A DNA stretch of 64,000 nucleotides, from NCBI GenBank assembly GCA_963716175.1, contig OY970296.1:416001-480000 (forward strand), written 5' to 3'. Below, one piece after another: positions 52,876-61,926 of the stretch (positions are counted from its first letter, which is position 1; every line of letters starts with the position of its first letter). The notes under the pieces are model-generated. The model saw nothing but the letters and a program-made list of their open reading frames with translations, searched no databases and was not told where the DNA came from. Source of the DNA: an uncultured Armatimonadetes bacterium. Lineage in GTDB: Bacteria; Armatimonadota; Hebobacteria; Hebobacterales; Hebobacteraceae. The translations under genes and the position numbers were made by a program.

Positions 52876-55805
52876 GCGCTCCCCGTGCCAGCCTGATCAT
52901 CTCCACCTGGAATGGCCGACACCTGTTGGAGACGTGTCTGCCGCGGGTGCTGCGCGCGGTAGAGCAGGCGGGTGGCGACCACGAAGTGATCGTGGTGGAC
53001 GACGCCAGCTCCAATGACACGGTGGAGTTCGTCCGGCGCGAGTTCCCCCAGGTCCGGCTGTTGGCCCTGCGGCGCAACCTACGATTCGCGGGGGCGAACA
53101 ACGCCGCCGCCCGGGCCGCCAGGGGCGAGGTCCTGGTCTTCCTGAACAACGACATGCTGGTCGAGCCGGACTGCCTGGAACCCTTGCTGCGCCACTTCCA
53201 GGATCTCACCGTGTTCGCGGTCACCGCCCAGATCGAGATGACGCCGCGGCGAGTGGCCGGGGAGGTGATCCGGGAGACGGGACTGGTGAGGGCGAGATTC
53301 GAGGACGGGCTGTTCGTGCTGCAGCACGAGGACGCGACCTCGCAGGAGCCGGTGCGCGTGATCTACGCGGGGGGCGGCTCCAGCGCCTGGCGGCGGGAGG
53401 TCTTCTTCGGACTCGGCGCATTCGGCCGCCTCTTTCGGCCTTTCTACTTCGAGGATCTCGATCTCTCCTACCGGGCCCAGAAGGCGGGGTGGAAAGTGCT
53501 CTTCGAGCCCGCCAGCCGCATGACCCACCAGCACAGACAGACCAATGCCCCGCGGAACTTCCCCGGCGGCTACGTGGACTTGATCTTCGGCAAGAATGGC
53601 CTGCTCTTCACGTGGAAGGCACTCACCGATCCTGACCTGCTGAGCGCTCATTTCCGGGGGCTCTGGCGCAGGCTGATGCGCTCCCGCGCACACCCGCGGC
53701 TGGGGGCCTGCTTCCTGCGCGCGGCGGCCCAGTTGCCCGAGCTATTAGTGAAACGCCAGCAGGCACGAGCGCAGATGGCGCTCTCCGACAAGGAGGTGCT
53801 GCGGCTGGGCGCCAGCCCCCCGCCGCCGGAGGCGGCCGACGGCGGCGAGCTGCCATATGGCTCTGACGGCACCGGCAAGCGCCTGCTGGTGATCGGGTTC
53901 TCGCCCCTGCCCTTCGAGCCCGAGCTCCGGCTGGGTGCGCTCTGCTTCCGCACCTGGCATCTGGCGCAGGCGTTACTGGCAGAAGGGCACGAGGTGACGG
54001 TGGTGGGAGTTCGGATGGCCGCGGCTTACCGGGAAGAGGCGCAGCGTCCCTCGGTGCTGCGGTTCCGGGGCCGGCACTTCACCTACTACTCGGCCACGCA
54101 CGCCGCCTTTGAGCCCTCCCCGCGGCCGGCGGGCAAGGGCAGTGACCTGCTCTCGCGCATCTGCGACCAGTGGCAGCCTGATGGGATCGTCGCCGTCCAC
54201 GCCTACGGGGCCTGGGCGGCCTCGCGGCTCAAGACCGGGGCGCCGCTGTGGGCCGACCTGACCGGCTACGCGATGGCGGAAGCCCAGGCGCGCGCGGGCC
54301 TGGAGGGCAGCGACGCTCCCATGGCCGAGGCCTGGCAGCAGGAGCGGGCCGCCCTGGCGCGGGCCGACGTGTTCTCTGTGGTCACGCAGCGCCAGAAGTA
54401 CGCGCTGATCGGCGAGCTCTTCGCCATCGGGCGACTGGGAGCCGCGAACTGCGGCGAAGACCGTGTCCATGATATTCCGCTCGCCATCGAGAACCTGCCC
54501 TATCGTCATCGGCAGGTGGTGCTGCGAGGGAAGCTGGTGGGAGAGGACGACTTCGTGATCCTGTGGGCCGGGGGCTACAACACCTGGACGGATGTAGACA
54601 CGCTCTTCCAGGGGCTGACCGCGGCGATGCGGCAGCATCCTGGCATCAGGTTCGTTTCCCTGGGGGGCGCGCTGCCGGGTCGGGATGAGCAGACCTTCTA
54701 TCGCTTTCGCCAGCAGGTCGAGGAAAGCGAGCTGAGCGGCCGCTTCGTCTTCACCGGCTGGGTGCCCAACGAGGAGGTGCCCAACTACTACTTCGAGAGT
54801 GATGTCGGGATCAACATTGATCGCTTCAGCTACGAGATGCTGATCGGGTGCCGCTACCGCATCCTCGACATGCTGCGCGCCGGGCTGCCGGTGATCACCA
54901 CCCTGGGCACCGAGATCAGTCACATCGTGCGCGAGGAGCGGCTGGGTCTGACCTTTGCACCAGGAGACGCGCAAGGCCTGAAAGAGGCCATCCTGACACT
55001 GGCGCGAGACGAGGCGCTGCGGCGGCGCTGCGCCTACCGCGCCAAGGAGCATGTTTTCAGGCACCGCACGGTGGACCAGGTGATGGGGCCTCTGCGGCAA
55101 TGGGCGCAGGCACCGGAGCGGTCCGCGGATCGGATGCCTGTTGCGGCCGAGGCGGCGGGCGACGAGGCCCCGCGCTCTCTCCGCCTGCGAGAGCTGGCGC
55201 GATCAGTCACCGCCGGGCTGGCCGATATCGCGGCCCAGGCCTGGGTTCGGCGGCGCGGTACGCACGCCTGGGGGCTGGACCCGCGAGAGCCCCCACACGC
55301 GGTGCTGGTGATCCGGGCCGGGTCTCTCCTCCTGGTCCGGGAAGTGGTGGCGCGCCTCCGCGCACGCTACCCCGCAGCCGCGACCACGGTGCTGGCTCCC
55401 GAGGCCCTGACTGCGGAGACCGCCTACGAGACCGGTGCCCGCGTGATCTCCGCGCCCGGCGCGGGGATGGTGAGCTATCGGGTCAGCAGGGCCGCCATCG
55501 GCCGGGTGCGGCAAGGAAGGTTCGACACCGTGGTGGTGGCCGGCGAGGGCAACCGGAGAGCCGAGCTGCTCGCGCTGCTCGCGGGTCCCGCGCGGCGAGT
55601 CGAGGTGCGAGACGATGGCGCCGCCCATGTCTTCTCGTTCGCCGCTTACAAGCCACTCGTCGTGCTGGCCATAGCCATCGCCAGCCTGCTGGAGAAGATC
55701 ACGCTCACCGCGCTGGTGGGCCTGGTATGGGGAAGCATCCAACTGGAAGGGCGGCTGTGGAGGTTCCGCCAGCGGCGGGGCGCATCCACGCGCGCCACGC
55801 GGTGA
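52872..55805 (+). CDS. Multidomain glycosyltransferase: GT2 + GT4-like + GT9-N-domain-like module + TM
   Basis: TWNG, DDAS, LNND, YFEDLDLSYRA; GT-B region WAGG..W.D, AGLPVI; terminal module from about 55293. Confidence 0.88.
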   Translation: MSAPRASLIISTWNGRHLLETCLPRVLRAVEQAGGDHEVIVVDDASSNDTVEFVRREFPQVRLLALRRNLRFAGANNAAARAARGEVLVFLNNDMLVEPDCLEPLLRHFQDLTVFAVTAQIEMTPRRVAGEVIRETGLVRARFEDGLFVLQHEDATSQEPVRVIYAGGGSSAWRREVFFGLGAFGRLFRPFYFEDLDLSYRAQKAGWKVLFEPASRMTHQHRQTNAPRNFPGGYVDLIFGKNGLLFTWKALTDPDLLSAHFRGLWRRLMRSRAHPRLGACFLRAAAQLPELLVKRQQARAQMALSDKEVLRLGASPPPPEAADGGELPYGSDGTGKRLLVIGFSPLPFEPELRLGALCFRTWHLAQALLAEGHEVTVVGVRMAAAYREEAQRPSVLRFRGRHFTYYSATHAAFEPSPRPAGKGSDLLSRICDQWQPDGIVAVHAYGAWAASRLKTGAPLWADLTGYAMAEAQARAGLEGSDAPMAEAWQQERAALARADVFSVVTQRQKYALIGELFAIGRLGAANCGEDRVHDIPLAIENLPYRHRQVVLRGKLVGEDDFVILWAGGYNTWTDVDTLFQGLTAAMRQHPGIRFVSLGGALPGRDEQTFYRFRQQVEESELSGRFVFTGWVPNEEVPNYYFESDVGINIDRFSYEMLIGCRYRILDMLRAGLPVITTLGTEISHIVREERLGLTFAPGDAQGLKEAILTLARDEALRRRCAYRAKEHVFRHRTVDQVMGPLRQWAQAPERSADRMPVAAEAAGDEAPRSLRLRELARSVTAGLADIAAQAWVRRRGTHAWGLDPREPPHAVLVIRAGSLLLVREVVARLRARYPAAATTVLAPEALTAETAYETGARVISAPGAGMVSYRVSRAAIGRVRQGRFDTVVVAGEGNRRAELLALLAGPARRVEVRDDGAAHVFSFAAYKPLVVLAIAIASLLEKITLTALVGLVWGSIQLEGRLWRFRQRRGASTRATR

Positions 55806-55817
55806 GGACGGAGACCG

Positions 55818-56453
55818 ATGGCGCGGCCCGCGGTGTTTCTCGATCGCGACGGCACCGTGCTGCGCGAGCGCGATTACCTGACATCCGCGCACGAGATGCG
55901 GCTGCTGCCAGGGGCAGGAGCTGCGATCCGCCGGCTGAATGAGGCCGGCTTTGCGGTGGTGGTGATCACGAACCAGTCGGGGATCGCGCGGGGTCTGCTG
56001 AGCGAGCGCGACCTCGACCACATGCACCAGGTCCTGCGCCGGCGACTCGCGCGCTCGGGTGCACAGCTCGACGGCATTTACTACTGCCCCCATCATCCCG
56101 AGGCGCCGCTCCGGCGGTATCGCCGCCGCTGCGGCTGCCGCAAACCGGCGCCCGGCCTGCTACGCCGGGCAGCGCGGGAGCTGAACCTCGATCTCCCACG
56201 CTCCTTCGCCATCGGCGACAGCCCACGCGACCTGGAGGCAGGGCGGCGCGCCGGTTGCCGCGCGATCCTGGTGCGCACGGGCTATGGCATGCTCACCGAG
56301 ACCACCGTGAATGCCAGGGCCTTCGACCACGTGGCGGACGACCTGCCCGCGGCCGTCACTTGGGTACTGGCGCAGAGGCGGCGGGCATGCAGAGACATGC
56401 CCACCCTACAGGAGAGGCAAAGGCGCACACAGGCCCCATGCAAGCGACCCTGA
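55818..56453 (+). CDS. gmhB: D,D-heptose 1,7-bisphosphate phosphatase-like HAD (subfamily IIIA)
   Basis: FLDRDGT, TNQSGIARG, YYCPHHP, CGCRKP, IGD..D.EAG. Confidence 0.85.
   Translation: MARPAVFLDRDGTVLRERDYLTSAHEMRLLPGAGAAIRRLNEAGFAVVVITNQSGIARGLLSERDLDHMHQVLRRRLARSGAQLDGIYYCPHHPEAPLRRYRRRCGCRKPAPGLLRRAARELNLDLPRSFAIGDSPRDLEAGRRAGCRAILVRTGYGMLTETTVNARAFDHVADDLPAAVTWVLAQRRRACRDMPTLQERQRRTQAPCKRP
56377..56412 (-). repeat. Intragenic GTAG-type REP palindrome in the gmhB 3' end
   Basis: Reverse complement of 51452-51487. Confidence 0.85.
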
Positions 56454-57379
56454 TCGTGGTCAACTACAATGGGCGGGAGCTGCTGGTGAAATCCGTGCCC
56501 GCGGCCCTCGAGGCCGCGCGCCAGGCCGGCGGTCACCGCGTCGTGGTGGCCAATGACGGCAGCACGGATGACAGCCTCCACTATCTGCCTACCACTCACC
56601 CGGAGGTGGATGTGCTCGCCCTTCCCCACCGCGGCTTCGGCGCCACCTGCAACGCGGCCGTGGCGGCCGCGCAGACAGATGCCGTCCTGCTGCTGAACAG
56701 CGATGTCGTGGTCGCCCCGGATTTCCTGCCGCCCCTGCTTGAGGACCTGACGGGGCGTGATGTCTTCGCGGTCGGAGGCAAGTTCCTCAATCCGGATGGC
56801 TCGTTGACCGACGCCCTGGGCAATCGCACCTCGTGCCAGTGGCGCCGCGGCCTGCCCTACATCCACCACGAGACCGACCCCGCGCTGCTCGCAGCAACTT
56901 GTCCCCAGCTCTATGCCAATGGCGCCATGATGGCCTTCTGGCGAGATAAGTGGCTCGCGCTCGGCGGCTTCGATCCCCTCTATCGGCCGTTCTACTGGGA
57001 GGATGCCGATCTGGGCTATCGCGCCTGGGGACGTGGCTGGCGCGTGCTCTACGAACCGGCGAGCGTGGTCTTCCATGCCCAGGGCAGCACCATGAGGCGG
57101 ACTCACCAGGTTCGCCACATCGAGCTGATGTCCGCCAAGAACGCCATCCTCTTCACCTGGAAGAATCTGCTCGATCCCGGCTTGCTGCGGCGCGCCCTGG
57201 CCGCTCAGGCCCGGTGGGCCGCGGATGACGTGCTGATCGGAGGCCTGCCGCCCCGCACCCGCGCTTTGCTGTGCGCCTCGCGCCAGCTCGCCGAGGCGGC
57301 CCGGGGCCGGGCCCGGGAAGCCCGCGAGCGCAGGCGCGCCGATTGGGAAATCCTGGCTGCCAGCGGAGCTGATCGGTGA
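56438..57379 (+). CDS. GT2 glycosyltransferase
   Basis: VVNYNG, NDGSTD, LLNSD, LGGFDP..FYWEDADLGYRAW. Confidence 0.9.
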   Translation: MQATLIVVNYNGRELLVKSVPAALEAARQAGGHRVVVANDGSTDDSLHYLPTTHPEVDVLALPHRGFGATCNAAVAAAQTDAVLLLNSDVVVAPDFLPPLLEDLTGRDVFAVGGKFLNPDGSLTDALGNRTSCQWRRGLPYIHHETDPALLAATCPQLYANGAMMAFWRDKWLALGGFDPLYRPFYWEDADLGYRAWGRGWRVLYEPASVVFHAQGSTMRRTHQVRHIELMSAKNAILFTWKNLLDPGLLRRALAAQARWAADDVLIGGLPPRTRALLCASRQLAEAARGRAREARERRRADWEILAASGADR

Positions 57380-57885
57380 ACGCGCGGGGGCCCACGATAC
57401 TGCTCTTGACGTTCGCGCGGCAGGGCGAGGAGGGTGCCATCCGGGGAGCGTTGGCATGGCTCAGCCAGCAAGCGCCCGGGGCCGAGTTCGTCGCGGTCGG
57501 GACTCCCGTGTCCGCTCCTGTTCTCAACCGCCTCGGCCTGACAGATGTGATCATCTTCGGGGACGGGGCCTCCACGCGGCAAGTGGTGGGAGAGGCAAGG
57601 GCGCGGCGGCCCAAGATCACCGCCATTGTCTACGGCGGCCCTGGCAGCAGCGCCCATCTCAAGCTGGAGCTGGTGGCCCTGGGCGCGGCCGCGCCGGTCA
57701 CCTATCGGTTCGTGCCCGACACACCGCCGCGGCCAATCGGCAGATGGGCGCTGCTCGCGTCGGTCGCGACCAAAGCGCTGTCGGCGGCAGGCCGCCTGGT
57801 CGTGGGGTGCGTGATCTGCGGGATCGCGCTCTGCCGGCTGCGCCTGGCGCAGCTCCTGACGGGAGGGCAGCATGCGCGTGGCTAG
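57376..57885 (+). CDS. Stand-alone GT9-N-domain-like module with hydrophobic tail
   Basis: Coupled by GTGA overlap; TILLL..WLSQQAPGAEFVAV..RARRPKITAI..KLELVAL pattern shared with the fused modules. Confidence 0.7.
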   Translation: MNARGPTILLLTFARQGEEGAIRGALAWLSQQAPGAEFVAVGTPVSAPVLNRLGLTDVIIFGDGASTRQVVGEARARRPKITAIVYGGPGSSAHLKLELVALGAAAPVTYRFVPDTPPRPIGRWALLASVATKALSAAGRLVVGCVICGIALCRLRLAQLLTGGQHARG

Positions 57886-59035
57886 GTCTTGCCGCCACGG
57901 CGGCCCGAAGGGCCTAGCCGTCGGCCTTGATGCCCGCACCCTGGCCTCCGAGGTGCACTCCGGGGTAGAAGAGTACGTGATCAACCTGGTGAGCGCGCTG
58001 TCGCGCCTGACCGAGGCCCCGGAGATCATCGCCTATGTTGACCGCCCGATCCCTGACCCCGAGACTGCGGAGGCCGCTTCCTCCGGACCGCTGCGAACCA
58101 GCATCGTGCGGGCCCGCCGCGGCTGGCTGCGAGCCGCTCTCCCCTGGCGGCTATGGCGAGACCGGGTGAACCTGGTGCACCTCCCCAGCACCATCCTGCC
58201 GCCGCTCCTTCCCTGTCCGGCCGTGGTGACAGTCCACGATCTGGCCTGGGTGCGATACCCAGAGACCTATGAACCCAAAGACCTGGTGATGCAGCGACGG
58301 GCGGTAGCCGGGGCCGCGGCGCGGGCCGGTCACATCATCGCGGTCTCGGACGCCACCGCGCGCGATCTGCGCCAGCACTATCCGCGGTCCGGGGACAGAG
58401 TCTCGGTCATCCCTCTCGGCGTCTCGCCCCGATTCTCGCCAGACGGGCCGCGGCTGAGCACCGCAGCCTTCCCGGGCGCGGAGCGGCTCACCCGCGGCTA
58501 TGTCCTCTACGCCGGCGGGCTGCAGCCCAGGAAGAATGTCCTGCGTCTCCTGGTGGCCTACGAGAAGGTGCTGGCCGAGACGTCGGCGCCGCCGCTAGTG
58601 CTGGCCGGGGCCGTCTCCCCCCACGCGCACGAGCTGCGGCAGGCTTCCCAGAGGCTCGGGATCGAGCGCCACGTGGTCTTCCCGGGCTATGTGGCCCAGG
58701 ACCTGCTGCCGGCCCTCTACCGCAGCGCGACCGTGTTCGTCTATCCCTCGCTCTACGAGGGCTTTGGGCTCCCCGTGCTGGAGGCGATGGCCTGCGGCGT
58801 CCCGGTCGTCACCTCGAACGTGTCCGCCCTGCCCGAGGTGGCCGGGGAGGCGGCGCTGCTGGTGGACCCAGAGAGCGTGGAGCGGCTCTCGTGGGCGGTT
58901 TCGCTGCTGCTGGCGGACCAGGCGCTGCGCCAGACCCTGGGCCAGCGCGGCCCGGCGCGCGCCCGGCAGTTCACCTGGGAGCAGACCGCGCGCCAGACCG
59001 TGGGAGTCTACCAGCGGTTTGCGGCAGAAGAATAG
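57872..59035 (+). CDS. GT4 glycosyltransferase (MtfB/WbdB-like)
   Basis: VTVHDL, PRKN, YPSLYEGFGLPVLEAMACGVPVV, FTW. Confidence 0.93.
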   Translation: MRVARSCRHGGPKGLAVGLDARTLASEVHSGVEEYVINLVSALSRLTEAPEIIAYVDRPIPDPETAEAASSGPLRTSIVRARRGWLRAALPWRLWRDRVNLVHLPSTILPPLLPCPAVVTVHDLAWVRYPETYEPKDLVMQRRAVAGAAARAGHIIAVSDATARDLRQHYPRSGDRVSVIPLGVSPRFSPDGPRLSTAAFPGAERLTRGYVLYAGGLQPRKNVLRLLVAYEKVLAETSAPPLVLAGAVSPHAHELRQASQRLGIERHVVFPGYVAQDLLPALYRSATVFVYPSLYEGFGLPVLEAMACGVPVVTSNVSALPEVAGEAALLVDPESVERLSWAVSLLLADQALRQTLGQRGPARARQFTWEQTARQTVGVYQRFAAEE

Positions 59036-59054
59036 GCGCGATCCGCGCTGGCTG

Positions 59055-59081
59055 TGAAACTTCCTGCCAGCCATTTCCGTA
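59055..59081 (+). promoter_or_regulatory. Putative ECF (SigW-like) autoregulatory promoter
   Basis: TGAAAC-N17-CGTA directly upstream of the ECF sigma gene. Confidence 0.6.
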
Positions 59082-59104
59082 TCCCACAGTGGCGGAGGCC
59101 GTGG

Positions 59105-59674
59105 ATGAGTGGGACACAGGTCCCAGAGGATGAGGGACAGCTAATCCGGCTCTGCCGCGAGGGCGACCAAAGCGCCTTCGATAGCCTGGTTTCCCGCCAT
59201 TACCGCGGGATCTACAACATGACCTACCGCATGCTGGGAAATGCCGAAGATGCCTCGGACCTGACTCAGGAGACCTTCCTGAGGGCCTACACACGGTTGG
59301 AGACCTTCCAGCTGGGCCGCCCCTTCACCGCCTGGATCAGGCGGATCGCCACCAATCTCTGCATAGATCACCTGCGCCAGCGCGGTCAGCCCACCTTGTC
59401 CCTGGAGGAACGGCTGGAGTCGGGTGTGGAGGAGGCCGATAGCCGCCCGGAGGGCTCCCCGGTGGAGCGAATGGAGATGGCCGAGGATTCCCAGCGGGTG
59501 CTGGCAGCGGTGCAGCGGCTGCCGGCAAAGCAGCGGGCGGTGCTCGTCATGAGGCACATCGAAGGCATGACCCTGGAAGAGATCGCGGCCGCGCTGCGCT
59601 GGCCGCTGGGCACGGTGAAGGTGAACCTGTTCCGCGGCCGCCAGGCGGTCCGCGAGATGGTGGGTGAGCTATGA
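59105..59674 (+). CDS. ECF RNA polymerase sigma factor
   Basis: DASDLTQETFLRA, WIRRIATN..ID..R, EIA..L..PLGTVK..L.R. Confidence 0.94.
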   Translation: MSGTQVPEDEGQLIRLCREGDQSAFDSLVSRHYRGIYNMTYRMLGNAEDASDLTQETFLRAYTRLETFQLGRPFTAWIRRIATNLCIDHLRQRGQPTLSLEERLESGVEEADSRPEGSPVERMEMAEDSQRVLAAVQRLPAKQRAVLVMRHIEGMTLEEIAAALRWPLGTVKVNLFRGRQAVREMVGEL

Positions 59675-60288
59675 AGCGAAATGTGATGACTTGCTCCGCG
59701 GTGGCCGATCTGCTGGAAGCTTACTTCGAGCAGGTGCTTCCGGAGGGCAAGGCAGCGCTGGTGGCAGCCCATCTCCGGCAGTGCCGCGCCTGTTCCGGCA
59801 AGCTGGCCCAGATCGAGAAGATCACGGCGGCTCTGGCTGCGGTGCCGAGCAGCGAGCCGAGCGCAGACCTGGCGCGGTTGATCTCAGCTCGCGTGGCCGC
59901 GCTGCCGCCGGCCGCTCGACGTCGCTGGCTGGTGGTGGGATGGCGCCGCCTGGAGGTGCTGGCCGCAGCGTTCATGGTCTTCCTGGCGGCCTGGCGCTAT
60001 GCCCTGCCGCTGCTCCTCTCCGAAGAGGCAGGCCGACTCCGGATCATCATCTGGGCCAAGCATGCCACCGCTCAGTTGGCGATCTGGGCGACGGCCCTGG
60101 CCGAGCCCTGCCACCGCCTCTGGCTGGCGCTACGAGGAACGCCGGAGGCGCTGAGGCCGGTTGTCACTGCGGTCGCGCCGACGGTCGCGCTCTACGCGGC
60201 GGCCGAGGTCGTCATCATCGCCGCCGTCATCGTGATCGCTCATCGCACTCATCGCGCTCGTTTCGCTTCCGCAACCATCCTGCTGTGA
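59671..60288 (+). CDS. zf-HC2 (ZAS) anti-sigma factor with two TM segments
   Basis: HLRQCRAC; ATGA overlap with the sigma gene; hydrophobic helices. Confidence 0.85.
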   Translation: MKRNVMTCSAVADLLEAYFEQVLPEGKAALVAAHLRQCRACSGKLAQIEKITAALAAVPSSEPSADLARLISARVAALPPAARRRWLVVGWRRLEVLAAAFMVFLAAWRYALPLLLSEEAGRLRIIIWAKHATAQLAIWATALAEPCHRLWLALRGTPEALRPVVTAVAPTVALYAAAEVVIIAAVIVIAHRTHRARFASATILL

Positions 60289-60302
60289 AGGAGGAAGCTA
60301 CC

Positions 60303-61841
60303 ATGAAAGGGTACTGCAGCGAGACTGTGGGGAGACGCGACTTGCGCTGGACAGCATGCCTGCTGATGGTGTTGGCGGCGAGCGCGCTGCTCTGGAGCCA
60401 GCTCGCGCTCGCGGCCGGCCCGCCCCTAGACCTGTCCGGCACCTGGAAGTTCAAGGCCGACTGGGAAGAGAACGGCCAGGCCCTGGGGTGGCAGAAGCCC
60501 GAGTTCGATGATTCCACCTGGCGCGACCTGGCGGTGCCTGGAACCTGGGAAGGGCAGGGCGTCACTACCACCAACCCCCGCTGGCCGGGATCGGAGCCGT
60601 ACAACGGCTACGCCTGGTACCGGCGCCACTTCTCCGTCCCGGCGGATTGGGGCCAACCGAACGAGAGCCTGCACATCGGGGCGATTGACGATATGGACTG
60701 GGTGTACATCAACGGCCAGCTGGTCGGGTCCACCAGCGGCGAGAGGGCCTTTGAACAGGAGCGGGAGTACGACCTCAAGCCCGGCCTGCTCAAGCCCGGC
60801 GCCGATAACGTGATCGCCATCCGCATCCTGGACACAGCAGGCAAGGGGGGCATCGTAGAGGGGCCGGTGGAGCTGGTCGGGTCCGCGCCGGAGTCAGCAG
60901 CAGAAGAGGAGCCAGGCGAAGCGGCTCCGCCCCCCGGCAAGTACCCCGAGAAGCGGGGCGACATGGTGCAGGTGGTGGGCAGTGTCACCGTGCCGCCTGG
61001 CAGCCAAGTGGACGGAGATGCGGTGGCGGTGGGCGGCTCGGTTGATGTCAAAGGATATGTCACCGGAGACGTGGTCGCGGTGGGCGGCTCAGTCACGATC
61101 CGGCCGGGGGCGAGGGTGGATGGAGACGCCGTGGCCGTGGGCGGCACCGTCAAGACCGAAGGGGATGGCATAGTCAAGGGTCAGGTCACCCAGGTCACCC
61201 TCTTCCCCTGGGCCATCCCGGGTATCTTCGGGCTCGCCTTCCTCACTGGCTCGTCTTCTCTCGTCTTCGTGCTGGTGAAGAGGCTGATCCTGTGGGGGCT
61301 GCTGGCGGTGCTGCTCGCGCTGATCTGCCCTAAGCGCCTGCAAGTGATGGCGCGGGCCCTGCCGCTTTACCCGGGATGGGTGGCCGGGCACGGCGTGGTG
61401 GGCTGGGTATTGACCCCGGCGGTGGTGCTGCTGGTGGCGCTGGTGGCGGCCGCCGTCTGCGTGGTGCTTGCCATCACCATCATTGGCATCGTGCTGATCC
61501 CGGCCGTGGCGCTGGTGCTGGTGGCGGTGGTGCTTGGCCTATTCCTCCTGCTCTGCCTCGGGCTGGGCGGGGTCTGGGTGAGCATAGGGCAAGCGCTCAT
61601 CGCCCGCATGGGCCGGCCGGAGGCGAGCGTGCTGCCGGCGGCGCTGCTAGGTGTGGTATTGACCGCGGTCGCTTCGGCGGTCCCCGTGGCGGGGACGCTG
61701 GTGCTGATCACGCTTGTGATCTTCGCCTACGGGCTGGGGCTGATGACCGGAGGGGGAACGAGACCGGAATGGACTCATCGGCGCCTGGGAATCCGCCGCG
61801 CTCCCGAGGCTGCTCCGGCCTCGCAGACTCCCACCGCCTAG
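60303..61841 (+). CDS. Membrane protein: signal peptide + GH2-type sugar-binding domain + bactofilin-like repeats + multi-TM C-terminus
   Basis: LSGTWKF, FDDSTW..VPGTWE, GYAWYRR.F, IDD.D.VYING, NVIAIRI.D..G.GGI; repeats GDAVAVGGSV; about 5 TMs. Confidence 0.82.
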   Translation: MKGYCSETVGRRDLRWTACLLMVLAASALLWSQLALAAGPPLDLSGTWKFKADWEENGQALGWQKPEFDDSTWRDLAVPGTWEGQGVTTTNPRWPGSEPYNGYAWYRRHFSVPADWGQPNESLHIGAIDDMDWVYINGQLVGSTSGERAFEQEREYDLKPGLLKPGADNVIAIRILDTAGKGGIVEGPVELVGSAPESAAEEEPGEAAPPPGKYPEKRGDMVQVVGSVTVPPGSQVDGDAVAVGGSVDVKGYVTGDVVAVGGSVTIRPGARVDGDAVAVGGTVKTEGDGIVKGQVTQVTLFPWAIPGIFGLAFLTGSSSLVFVLVKRLILWGLLAVLLALICPKRLQVMARALPLYPGWVAGHGVVGWVLTPAVVLLVALVAAAVCVVLAITIIGIVLIPAVALVLVAVVLGLFLLLCLGLGGVWVSIGQALIARMGRPEASVLPAALLGVVLTAVASAVPVAGTLVLITLVIFAYGLGLMTGGGTRPEWTHRRLGIRRAPEAAPASQTPTA

Positions 61842-61866
61842 CCTAGCAGCGAGAACCAGTCCCAAC

Positions 61867-61901
61867 GAGCAGCGCTGGCGGCAGGATCGCCAGCGCTGCT
61901 C
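61867..61901. terminator. 14-bp hairpin between convergent genes
   Basis: gagcagcgctggcg-7nt-cgccagcgctgctc; no clear U tract. Confidence 0.5.
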
Positions 61902-61926
61902 TGCTCCCTGCGCTGCGGCTGATCTG

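Noticed and set aside
55818-56453. gmhB as proof of LPS heptose core synthesis
   Set aside because: No gmhA, hldE/hddA or complete GT9 in the window; HAD-IIIA substrate cannot be fixed from motifs alone
60955-61150. DNA repeats resembling a spaced array
   Set aside because: In-frame coding repeats (GDAVAVGGSV), degenerate at third positions; not CRISPR, and no cas genes
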